From the IMG/VR virus record IMGVR_UViG_3300020045_003981, positions 1 to 35,716 of that record: 35,716 bases of DNA; one strand, written 5' to 3'. A model generated the notes under the pieces. That model worked only from the letters and a program-made list of their open reading frames with translations. It made no database searches and was not told the origin of the DNA. This DNA is from a virus. Taxonomy: Duplodnaviria > Caudoviricetes. The position numbers were made by a program, and so were the translations under genes. Positions 1-8,376 of this stretch are shown here, piece after piece (the stretch's first letter is position 1; each line of letters opens with the position of its first letter).

Positions 1-13
1 AAGGTAAAAAATA

Positions 14-220
14 ATGGACGACATCGAACGCGGCCAAGAGCGCGAACAACAAGACCGCGCCCTATGCCTGGCTATCGCCCGCAACCAACCGGCGCGCGAC
101 TACGTTGGCGAAATTTGCACCGGCGGCGACTACGCCAAGGGCAGCAATCGCGGCGCCGCCTGCGAAGCCTGGCGTGATTGTCTGCAAGACCACGAAAAGC
201 GGGAAAGGGCAGGGCGATGA
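14..220 (+). CDS. small TraR/DksA-like protein (degenerate Zn finger)
   Basis: MDDIERGQERE N-terminus resembles the TraR DxxDxA helix; Cys-containing C-terminus ending in a CxxDHEKRER helix; AAGG upstream; stop overlaps next ATG (ATGA). Confidence 0.5.
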   Translation: MDDIERGQEREQQDRALCLAIARNQPARDYVGEICTGGDYAKGSNRGAACEAWRDCLQDHEKRERAGR

Positions 221-888
221 AAATCACCGTCGACGTCAAAGGGCTGGAAGCCGTCAAAGCGCAGCTAACTGGAATGGGCCGGCAAGTCGCCTTCGCCGCC
301 AGCAAAGCACTCAACCAAACCGGCAAAGACATCGCCGCCGCCATGCCCGAAGAAATCGAGCGCGCACTGGATCGCCCGACCGCCTTCACCAAGCGCGGCG
401 TGCGCGTTCTCGCCTACGCCAACAAAGCCAAACTCGAAACCACCATCGGCTTCATGGCCGCGCAAGCCAAATATATGGAATACCAGATCGCCGGCGGCAC
501 CCGCGACCCTGGCAAAGCCGGCCTCAAACTGCCCGCCGCCATCAAGCTAAACGAATACGGCAACATCCCGCGCGGCATCATAGCCCAACTTGTCGCCGTC
601 GCCCGCAAAGAGCAAGGATTGAAGAAAGCCACCAGCCGAAAAGTCAAAGTATCGGCAAAGGTCGAACTTTTCTACGGCGACCCCACCGACAACGCTGGCA
701 AAAACTGGCCGCGCGGCATTTACAAAGTCGCCAACGGCGCGCTTATCCCGTTGATCCTATTCCCGCAAACCGTCGCCAAATACCGCCCGCGCTTCGACTT
801 TCAAGGCAAAGCCAAGGCCGTCGCCGTCAAGGTATGGCCGGCAAACTTTGACAAAGCCCTCGCCGACGCACTCAGGACGGCCAAATGA
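217..888 (+). CDS. phage neck/tail-completion-like basic protein (gpZ / HK97 gp10-like)
   Basis: ATG at 217 coupled to previous stop; QVAFAASKALNQT, LDRPTAFTKRG and YRPRFDF motifs typical of this family; located upstream of terminase. Confidence 0.6.
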   Translation: MKITVDVKGLEAVKAQLTGMGRQVAFAASKALNQTGKDIAAAMPEEIERALDRPTAFTKRGVRVLAYANKAKLETTIGFMAAQAKYMEYQIAGGTRDPGKAGLKLPAAIKLNEYGNIPRGIIAQLVAVARKEQGLKKATSRKVKVSAKVELFYGDPTDNAGKNWPRGIYKVANGALIPLILFPQTVAKYRPRFDFQGKAKAVAVKVWPANFDKALADALRTAK

Positions 889-1415
889 CCGCCGTAACCC
901 AAGCAGAATTCGCCAGAATGCAAAATCGGCACAGATCATACGTCACGCAATTAAAAAAAGCTGACCGTCTGGTTATGGTTGGAGAGCTTGTTGACGTTGA
1001 GGCATCCCGCGCGAGAATTTTCGATACGTCCGACCCAAATAGAGAAGATGTAAAAGAAAGGTGCGAGGAAGAGCGCACAGGCCAAAAGGTTACGGTCAAC
1101 GATGAATTTGCGTCAAAAACTGAGCGCGAACTGAAGTCGGAGCGCATGAAATACGACGCACTCAGCGCAAAGATGGAATACGAGCGTGCCATCGGCAAGC
1201 TGATCGAAAAGGCCGACGCCTCGGCAGCCATTGAAGACGTCACCAGCGTCATTCGCCAGGCTCTCGAAAACCTGCCGCACCGCACCGCCCCGGAACTCGT
1301 CGGCAAAGACCTCGACGGCATCCGCGCCACGCTCAAACAAGAAGTCCACGCCGCGCTCGCCGACATGGAGCGCGAATTTACGAAACGCTTGAATCAGATG
1401 GGGAGTGAAGAATGA
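885..1415 (+). CDS. terS: terminase small subunit
   Basis: N-terminal wHTH (TQAEFARMQNRHRSYVTQLKK), coiled-coil middle and GKLIE motif as in Nu1-like TerS; position before TerL. Confidence 0.75.
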   Translation: MTAVTQAEFARMQNRHRSYVTQLKKADRLVMVGELVDVEASRARIFDTSDPNREDVKERCEEERTGQKVTVNDEFASKTERELKSERMKYDALSAKMEYERAIGKLIEKADASAAIEDVTSVIRQALENLPHRTAPELVGKDLDGIRATLKQEVHAALADMEREFTKRLNQMGSEE

Positions 1416-1720
1416 ATAATTTTCGTATCAACGCAAGAAAAAACCCATGGCTAAACAAAGTCGAAATTCTGTTGATTGACAAAGTAAAAGGCGGCATGGC
1501 CATTGCCACGGACGTGGTTTTTAAAAGGCTATCGGAAGGCGAAATAATCAACCCAACGATGACCATTGAAGGCGACGCAGCACAGGAGTTAATGGACGAA
1601 TTGTGGACGTGCGGAATTCGACCAACGCAAGGGCAAGGCAGCGCCGGCCAGCTTTCGGCAACTGAGCGCCACCTAAAAGACATGCAGCGCATAGTTTTCA
1701 AAGACTACGCCGACAAATGA
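1412..1720 (+). CDS. hypothetical phage protein inserted between terS and terL
   Basis: ATGA overlaps at both ends; QELMDELWTCGIRP...HLKDMQRIVF motif. Confidence 0.7.
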   Translation: MNNFRINARKNPWLNKVEILLIDKVKGGMAIATDVVFKRLSEGEIINPTMTIEGDAAQELMDELWTCGIRPTQGQGSAGQLSATERHLKDMQRIVFKDYADK

Positions 1721-3612
1721 CCCCCGCCCACCTCCTAGCCTACCGCGCCGCCCGCCGTGCCGTGCGCCCGAAAGCCACGCTCACCGTTTCCGAGTGGGCC
1801 GACGCTAATCGGGTGCTGTCCGGTGAAGGCAGCGCCGAGGCCGGGGCGTGGAAAACCTCCCGCACGCCGTACCTGCGCGAAATCATGGATGCCCTCTCGG
1901 AAGAATCCACCGAGCGCAAGGTGGTATTCATGAAATCATCGCAGGTCGGCGGCACTGAGGCAGGATCCAACTGGCTCGGCTACATCATGGCGCACGCCAA
2001 AGGCCCGGTCGCCGTCGTCATGCCCACAGAAAAGTCGCTGCAAGATTGGTCCTCGCAAAAGTTTGACCCGATGAGCCGCGAGACGCCCTGCATCGCCGCC
2101 GTCATGGCCCAGCGCAGCAACCGCTCCAGCGACAACAACGCCCAGCGCAAACGCTTTACCGGCGGCATTCTTTACTTCAAAACCGCCGGCTCGACCTCCG
2201 AGCTAAAAAGCACCTCGCTACGCTACGCCATCGCCGACGAAATCGACGAATACGACTGGTCAACGCTGCAAGGCGACCCGCTCGGCCTGCTCGAAGTGCG
2301 CCTCACCACCTTTCACGACCGCAAGCTGTTCGTCGTCAGCAGCCCGACCATGAAAGACGCCAGCCGCATCGAGGAGCAATTCGAACTTGGCGACCGCCGC
2401 CGCTTTTACGTTCCATGCCCGCGCTGCGGCGAACGGCAGCATCTCAAGTGGGCCAACGTCCGCTGGCAAAAAGCCGGCCAGCGCGTTACCCGCGCCGCCT
2501 ATATCTGCGAAGAATGCGGCGCCGAAATCGAAGAACACCACAAACCGGCGATGCTAACCGGCGGGCGCTGGATCGCCGAAAATCACGAAGCCCCATGGCG
2601 CAGCTACCACATCAGCGCCATCTATTCGCCAATCGGCCTCGGCCTGTCGTGGGTGGAACTGGCCGAAGAATGGATCGAAGCGCAAGACGACCCCGCAAAG
2701 CTGATGCGCTTTGTAAATACCCGCCTCGGCGAAACCTGGGCCGACCGTTCGCACGAAGTCAAACCCAACCTGCTCGCCGCCCGCGCCGAACCCTACCCGC
2801 TGCGCCATGTGCCACGCGGCGCCCTGGTCCTCACCGCCGGCATCGACACCCAAGACGACCGCCTCGAAGTCCGCATCATGGGATGGGGCGCAGGCGAGAA
2901 GGAATGGACGATTGATTACCACGTTATCCACGGCAACCCAGCCGAAGGGCGCGTGTGGGATGCGCTGGATGAATACCTGACGGCAGAATTCACCAACGAC
3001 TACGGGCGCGCCTTATGCATCGAAGCCAGCGCTATCGACACCGGCGGTCACCACACCCACGCCGTCTATGCCTACGTTCGACGCGCCAAAGCCCGCCGGC
3101 TGATCGCCATCAAGGGCGCCAGCACCACCGGTCGCGTCATCCTCGGCAAGCCATCGCACCAAGACGTCAACTGGCGCGGCCAAACCATCAAAAAAGGAGT
3201 CGCGCTTTACACCGTCGGCGCCGACACCGCGAAGCACTGGATTTACAACCGCATCAACGGCGATAACGACAAAGACCCCGGCGAGCGCAAGGTGCATTAC
3301 TCGCAAGAGCTTGAGCCGTGGTTCTACGATCAACAGGTTTCGGAAACCTTCAACCCGCGCAAAAACCGATGGGAACTCAAAAAAGGCAAACGCAACGAGG
3401 TGCTGGATACGCACGTTTACGCCATCGCCGCCAGCCACCACCCGGAACTCTACCTGCACAAATGGAAGGCAGCCGACTGGAAGCGCCGCGCCGCCATGCT
3501 TGAGCCGGATGAAATCCCCGCCGTCACGCCGGCCATCACGCAGGCACAGACCCCGCCGGCAGTCAAAAACCCCCGCACCGCATTCCCCACCCCAAAATCA
3601 ATAGGCTGGTAA
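1717..3612 (+). CDS. terL: terminase large subunit, lambda gpA family
   Basis: RTPYLREIMD, Walker A-like KSSQVGGTE, Walker B IADEIDEY, SSPT motif, CPRC/CEEC Zn site, nuclease AGIDTQ, IDTGG and RNEVLDT. Confidence 0.97.
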   Translation: MTPAHLLAYRAARRAVRPKATLTVSEWADANRVLSGEGSAEAGAWKTSRTPYLREIMDALSEESTERKVVFMKSSQVGGTEAGSNWLGYIMAHAKGPVAVVMPTEKSLQDWSSQKFDPMSRETPCIAAVMAQRSNRSSDNNAQRKRFTGGILYFKTAGSTSELKSTSLRYAIADEIDEYDWSTLQGDPLGLLEVRLTTFHDRKLFVVSSPTMKDASRIEEQFELGDRRRFYVPCPRCGERQHLKWANVRWQKAGQRVTRAAYICEECGAEIEEHHKPAMLTGGRWIAENHEAPWRSYHISAIYSPIGLGLSWVELAEEWIEAQDDPAKLMRFVNTRLGETWADRSHEVKPNLLAARAEPYPLRHVPRGALVLTAGIDTQDDRLEVRIMGWGAGEKEWTIDYHVIHGNPAEGRVWDALDEYLTAEFTNDYGRALCIEASAIDTGGHHTHAVYAYVRRAKARRLIAIKGASTTGRVILGKPSHQDVNWRGQTIKKGVALYTVGADTAKHWIYNRINGDNDKDPGERKVHYSQELEPWFYDQQVSETFNPRKNRWELKKGKRNEVLDTHVYAIAASHHPELYLHKWKAADWKRRAAMLEPDEIPAVTPAITQAQTPPAVKNPRTAFPTPKSIGW

Positions 3613-3906
3613 ATGGACATCCTCGACTACATCCTGCAAATCACCACCGAAGTCCTTGGCCCCGAGTCCGTCACGCCTGAAAAGCGCGCGGTCATCAATA
3701 CCATCGTCAGGCTTGATAAGGGCAAAGACCGCCATTATCTCTACTCAGCCGCCGCTCTTCGCCACCAAGAGCGCACCGAGCAAATCTTTGAGTGTTTGCG
3801 ATCCGGCCTAAGTACGCGGGAGATTGCCGAGCGTATCGGCGTCAGCCATCGGCGCGTCAATCAAATCGTTTCCACCGTGCCGATGACTGGAAGCCGGATG
3901 CCTTAA
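3613..3906 (+). CDS. Mor/Mu C-like HTH late transcription activator
   Basis: GxxxY hairpin motif (GKDRHYL) followed by a C-terminal HTH (GLSTREIAERIGVSHRRVNQIV); adjacent to a repeated dyad promoter. Confidence 0.65.
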   Translation: MDILDYILQITTEVLGPESVTPEKRAVINTIVRLDKGKDRHYLYSAAALRHQERTEQIFECLRSGLSTREIAERIGVSHRRVNQIVSTVPMTGSRMP

Positions 3907-3935
3907 CCGCTTCCAGCTAAACCCGTAAAACGTCA
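3888..3935 (+). promoter_or_regulatory. putative activator-dependent late promoter, copy 1
   Basis: TGGAAGC-N14-GCTTCCA dyad followed by CGTAAAA; 22 bp (3899-3920) identical to 8323-8344. Confidence 0.75.
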
Positions 3936-3937
3936 GC

Positions 3938-4459
3938 ATGACCGCCCAATCCAACACCGAACCAACCAGCATTCGCGCGGGTGATTCCGCCATCTGGACG
4001 ATCAGCGACCCCGACTATCCGGCTGGCGCTGGCTGGGCGCTAACCTATACCTTCATCAACGTCGCCGGCAAGTTCAGCATCGCCAGCACTGCCAGCGGTG
4101 ACAGTCATGCCGTGCATGTTCTGCCCGCTGTCACCGCGCTCTATGCCGCAGGCGACTACGCATGGCAATGCGTCGCCAGCGACGGCACCGATGCCGTCAC
4201 CATTCGCACCGGCACCATCACCGTCATCGCCAGCTTTGCCGCTGCCACCACGCTGGACGCTCGCAGCTTTGCGCAAAAAACCCTGGCCGCGCTTGAAGCG
4301 TGGATCGAAAACCACGATCAAGGCGTCGCCGAGTACGAAATCGCCGGGCGCCGCATGAAATACATCCCGATCACCGACCTGCTCAAGCTGCGCGACCAAT
4401 TCAAGAATGAAGTGCGCCGCCAGTCCGGTCAATCCGGGCGCGTTTATCTGAGGTACTAA
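3938..4459 (+). CDS. head-tail joining protein (gpW-like C-terminus with an N-terminal beta domain)
   Basis: EYEIAGRRMKYIPITDLLKLRD gpW-type motif; directly precedes the portal. Confidence 0.75.
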   Translation: MTAQSNTEPTSIRAGDSAIWTISDPDYPAGAGWALTYTFINVAGKFSIASTASGDSHAVHVLPAVTALYAAGDYAWQCVASDGTDAVTIRTGTITVIASFAAATTLDARSFAQKTLAALEAWIENHDQGVAEYEIAGRRMKYIPITDLLKLRDQFKNEVRRQSGQSGRVYLRY

Positions 4460-6349
4460 ATGGCCGTCCAACCCGTCGCGCAATTCAAGGGCAGCACTAT
4501 TCTTACCGAGTTTTCCGCCCGCCAAAAGCATGAGCGCGAAGCCAAGGCGCGCCGTGAACTCGCCAGCATTCAGCAAAAATCATTTGCCGCCGCGCAACTC
4601 AACCGCCTGACAAGCTCATGGCGCGTTACTGCCGAGCGCATTGATGACGAACTGCGCAGCGACCTCGACGCCCTGCGCCATCGCGCCCGTAGTCTTGAAA
4701 ACAACAACGACTACGCCCGCAACTACCTCGACATTGTAGAAACCAACATCATCGGAGACCGCGCCCCGCGCCTCGTTTCGCTGGCCGACAACGCACCCGG
4801 CAATCCCGATACCGGCGCCCGTAACGCTATCATTGCTGCTTGGGACGCCTGGGGAACGCGTGGCGTTTGCGAAGTATCCGGCCAATACTCGTTCACCGGC
4901 TTCTGCCAGGCGCTCGCCCGCGGCACCGCCCGCGATGGTGAATGCCTTGTTGCCCTGCATCCCGGCGCTGACAACGAATTTGGCTTTGCCCTGCAACTGC
5001 TCGACATCGACCGCCTCGCCACCTGGTACAACGTATCGGGCGGTGATAACGGAAACGCCATCGTCGCAGGCGTTGAAATCAACAGCTACGGCAAGCCGCT
5101 CGCCTACTATTTCACAGAAGGCGAAACCAACGGCACGCGCAAAGTCAGCCGCGTCGAAGCGCGCACCATGCTTCACCGCTTTGTAATGCAGCGCCCCGAG
5201 CAAAAGCGCGGCATTCCATGGATGCACGCCAGCATGCTATCAATGCACTATGCCGGCGAATTCGCGCTATCTGCACTGATGGCAGCCAAGCACGGTGCCG
5301 ATCACCTCGGCTTTTTCGTCACGCCGGATGGCGAAGCGCCCAACCTCGGGCAAGACGCAAGCGACGAACCCGGCGCAAAGATCATGACCACCTCGCCAGG
5401 CATCTATGACACCCTGCCTGCCGGCGTTGATGTCCGCACCGTGGACAGCAAATACCCGAATGAAGTCTTTGGCCCATTCATCAAATCCGCACACCAACGC
5501 ATGGCATCCGGCCTGCCCGGTGCCAGCTATCCGGAATTGTGCAACGACTATGAAGCGGTCAACTTCTCAAGCATCCGCGCCGCCATTCTCAGCACGCGCG
5601 ACGAGTGGAAAAAGCGCCACAAATGGTTTGCAGAATCTTGGCTTGAGCCAATCTTTGCCGAGTGGCTACGCCTGGCACTCGCCAAGGGCGCCATCAAACT
5701 TGCCAACGGATCACCGCTGCCGGTCGCCAAAGCCGCAAAATTCGCCGCGCATGCCTGGCAATTCAGGGGTTGGTCGTGGGTTGACCCGCTCAAAGACATC
5801 CAGACCGCCAAGGAAGCTATCGACTTGCGTGTGACCAGCCGCACCCGCGTCGCCTCTGAAATGGGCCGCGACATCGAAGAAATCTTCGACGAACTGCAAC
5901 AGGAGGAGGCGCTTGCCGAGAAATACGGCCTGAAACTCGCCGCACAACCGCCGGAAGTTCCGGCGCCCGTTGTTGAACCAGTGGATATGGAAGATATGAA
6001 GAGCGCCCGAATGAGTGACGAACTCATGCACGCCCTGCGCGTGATGGCAGACCGACCAGAGCCAAAGGTCGAACTCGGCAAGATGTTTGAAGGCGCCGTT
6101 CTCAACATCACCCGCACTGAAAACATCCAGCCGCCGGTCATTGAAAACAACATCACCGTCAGCCCGACGCCGATCAACAACATCATCGAAGTCAACCCGA
6201 CGCCGGTCAATGTCGAGGCGCAGTTTGAAGCCACCGTGCAGCCGGCAGAAGTCACGCTCAACATGCCAGCGCGCCGCACAGACAGCACCGTGGTACGCAA
6301 TGACAAGGGCGAAATCATCTCGACCATCACCATTGAGAAAGACGCCTGA
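4460..6349 (+). CDS. portal protein, lambda gpB family, with ~135-aa C-terminal extension
   Basis: LRHRARSLENNNDYA, RDGECL, GVEINSYGKPLAY, RPEQKRGIPW, NFSSIRAA and WSWVDPLKD motifs. Confidence 0.95.
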   Translation: MAVQPVAQFKGSTILTEFSARQKHEREAKARRELASIQQKSFAAAQLNRLTSSWRVTAERIDDELRSDLDALRHRARSLENNNDYARNYLDIVETNIIGDRAPRLVSLADNAPGNPDTGARNAIIAAWDAWGTRGVCEVSGQYSFTGFCQALARGTARDGECLVALHPGADNEFGFALQLLDIDRLATWYNVSGGDNGNAIVAGVEINSYGKPLAYYFTEGETNGTRKVSRVEARTMLHRFVMQRPEQKRGIPWMHASMLSMHYAGEFALSALMAAKHGADHLGFFVTPDGEAPNLGQDASDEPGAKIMTTSPGIYDTLPAGVDVRTVDSKYPNEVFGPFIKSAHQRMASGLPGASYPELCNDYEAVNFSSIRAAILSTRDEWKKRHKWFAESWLEPIFAEWLRLALAKGAIKLANGSPLPVAKAAKFAAHAWQFRGWSWVDPLKDIQTAKEAIDLRVTSRTRVASEMGRDIEEIFDELQQEEALAEKYGLKLAAQPPEVPAPVVEPVDMEDMKSARMSDELMHALRVMADRPEPKVELGKMFEGAVLNITRTENIQPPVIENNITVSPTPINNIIEVNPTPVNVEAQFEATVQPAEVTLNMPARRTDSTVVRNDKGEIISTITIEKDA

Positions 6350-6636
6350 TGGCCAGCGGAACCGGCGCGGCGGTAATCGACTTTGGCGCTGGTGCCAATG
6401 AAGCATCGGTCGCCGTCATCGGGCAAACCACCATTCAGGCAACGAGCAAGGCCGAGTCATGGGTGATGGCTGACGATAGCACCGTCGACCATAGCGCATC
6501 TGATCATCGTTACTTCAACGCACTGGCCGGCCTAACCTGCGGCACACCGTCTGCCGGCGTCGGCTTCACCATTCACGCAACCAGCATTCACAAACTTTCC
6601 GGCACGTACCAAGTTCGATACGTGTGGGCCGATTAA
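6349..6636 (+). CDS. small beta-rich protein, probably structural
   Basis: TGATG coupling to portal; ends GFTIHA...GTYQVRYVW, like small fibre/gp53-type beta domains. Confidence 0.7.
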   Translation: MASGTGAAVIDFGAGANEASVAVIGQTTIQATSKAESWVMADDSTVDHSASDHRYFNALAGLTCGTPSAGVGFTIHATSIHKLSGTYQVRYVWAD

Positions 6637-6650
6637 AGACTAGGACAATC

Positions 6651-8102
6651 ATGGCACTCGATACCAATATTATCGGCAGCAACCTCGACGAAAACGGAAA
6701 CATCAAGGTCGCGCTACCAACCGCACCGGCACAGGTCGGCTCTGTTCGCATGATGTGCGAAAACGACGACGGCGCGGTAACTGGAGATGTTTATCTGAAG
6801 TCTCCCGAAGTCTCTCAAGACTTCCGCCTTCGCGTTGGTCTTGATACCGTCCTTTTCACAGATACGTTCAACGCCACCACTCAGAATCTATCGCTGTGGA
6901 AGCACTCATTTACAACGATGACGATGACGCAATCAGCAGGTTTCTTGAACGTCAATGCAGCCGGTACATCAACGGTTTCAGGAAACTATGCTTACCTTCA
7001 ATCCTGGCGCTACTTTCCGTTGATTGGTACGGCCCCGATTGCCGTGGAATTTACCGGCCAATTCACCGCGCTGCCGACTGCCAATGAAATTTTCCTTGCT
7101 GGTCTTGGCGTAGCAACCGGCGCAGCTGAGCCGGTAGACGGATGTTGGTTTGAACTTTCATCTGCCGGCCTGTACGGCGTGATGCGTTATAACTCAGGCG
7201 TAGCAACAAAAAAGGAGCTTGTCTCTGCTGCAAACCTGTCTAGCCTACCGCTTAACACCAACGCCAAATACGTTGCTGTGATCGGCGAGCGTGAAATTGA
7301 ATGGTGGATCAACGATACGCTTTATGGTGAGTCATCTATTCCAAACGCAAACGGCCAACCGTTTTTAACGACTGCGCTGCCGGTTTTCATCCAAAAGTAC
7401 AACTCTGCACTGGTTGGATCAAGCCCTAACATGATTGTCAAGATTGGCGATGTTTCCGTAACGCTGATGGACATCAACGCAAATTTCACATGGGCCAATC
7501 AAATGGCTTCTTGCGGACTTGGCATGCAGCAACTTAACGGCGGGTCTGCTGGCTCTCCGCAGGTGCAGTGGTCTAACACCGCGCTACCTACGGCAGCGGC
7601 AGCAACTAACACCACTGCGGCACTCGGTGCTTTTCTCGGCGGCATCTTCGCGATGAACGCACCGGCAACATCGGCAACGGATGTAATTGTCGCCAGCTAC
7701 CAAAACCCGCTGGGCGGCGTCAATCAAACGCCTCGCACCATGAAGCTGCGCGGCATCAAGATTGACTGCGTGAATACCGTTGCTGCGGTCGCAACCACGG
7801 CCAGCACCTTTGCCGTGGCAGTGGCATGGGGTGGAACTGCGCTTACTCTTGCGCAAGTCGAAACTGCATCATTCGCAAACAACACGGTCAAGGCACGACG
7901 CATCCAGCCGATTGGCGTTATTTCATTCCCCGTTGGTGCGGCGATTGGCGCAGCCGCTACAGGCATTCAGTTCGACTTCGAGGCGCCGATTGTGATCAAC
8001 CCCGGAGAATACATTCAAGTTGTCGCAAAGATTCTGGTCGGCACAGCTACGGCAACTGAAGTATTCCAGTGGATTGTTTCACCTAACCTCTATCACGAAT
8101 AA
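6651..8102 (+). CDS. 483-aa Ala/Thr/Gly-rich beta protein (putative head or neck fibre, lectin-like)
   Basis: AGGA SD before ATG 6651; long ORF with more T/A-ending codons than its neighbours; ConA/LamG-like pattern is an inference. Confidence 0.7.
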   Translation: MALDTNIIGSNLDENGNIKVALPTAPAQVGSVRMMCENDDGAVTGDVYLKSPEVSQDFRLRVGLDTVLFTDTFNATTQNLSLWKHSFTTMTMTQSAGFLNVNAAGTSTVSGNYAYLQSWRYFPLIGTAPIAVEFTGQFTALPTANEIFLAGLGVATGAAEPVDGCWFELSSAGLYGVMRYNSGVATKKELVSAANLSSLPLNTNAKYVAVIGEREIEWWINDTLYGESSIPNANGQPFLTTALPVFIQKYNSALVGSSPNMIVKIGDVSVTLMDINANFTWANQMASCGLGMQQLNGGSAGSPQVQWSNTALPTAAAATNTTAALGAFLGGIFAMNAPATSATDVIVASYQNPLGGVNQTPRTMKLRGIKIDCVNTVAAVATTASTFAVAVAWGGTALTLAQVETASFANNTVKARRIQPIGVISFPVGAAIGAAATGIQFDFEAPIVINPGEYIQVVAKILVGTATATEVFQWIVSPNLYHE

Positions 8103-8105
8103 ACC

Positions 8106-8291
8106 ATGTCGCTACTGCTTGCACTGACGGTCGCCGAGGCCATCGCGCAAGTCGGTGGCGTCAAGGATCGCCCTAAAAAACGGCTAAGGCAATCGGCCTA
8201 TGTGCCGCCACCGCTGGAAATACAACAGCCGGTGCCGCGCAATGATGACGACGAAGTGATTTTGTTAATGGTCCTAGGCGCCCTTAAATAA
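8106..8291 (+). CDS. hypothetical 61-aa protein
   Basis: starts 3 nt after the previous stop; DDDEVILLMVL terminus. Confidence 0.55.
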   Translation: MSLLLALTVAEAIAQVGGVKDRPKKRLRQSAYVPPPLEIQQPVPRNDDDEVILLMVLGALK

Positions 8292-8311
8292 AGTCGCCAT
8301 CAGCAAACCGA

Positions 8312-8359
8312 TGGAAGCGCCGTGCCTTAACCGCTTCCAGCTAAGTGCGTAAAAAGTCA
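8312..8359 (+). promoter_or_regulatory. putative activator-dependent late promoter, copy 2
   Basis: same TGGAAGC-N14-GCTTCCA dyad and CGTAAAA.GTCA as 3888-3935; intergenic, before the capsid gene. Confidence 0.75.
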
Positions 8360-8376
8360 CTCATGGAGGTTTGCCC

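Noticed and set aside
105-851. 248-aa same-strand alternative-frame ORF
   Set aside because: Arg/Gln/Pro-rich composition typical of an off-frame read of GC3-rich codons; unlike the MTase beta frame it has no motif or coupled ends
5548-6426. Long antisense ORFs over portal (similar ones over terminase, capsid and tape measure)
   Set aside because: Expected stop-poor antisense frames of GC-rich genes; Ser/Ala/Arg-rich with no motifs or coupling signals
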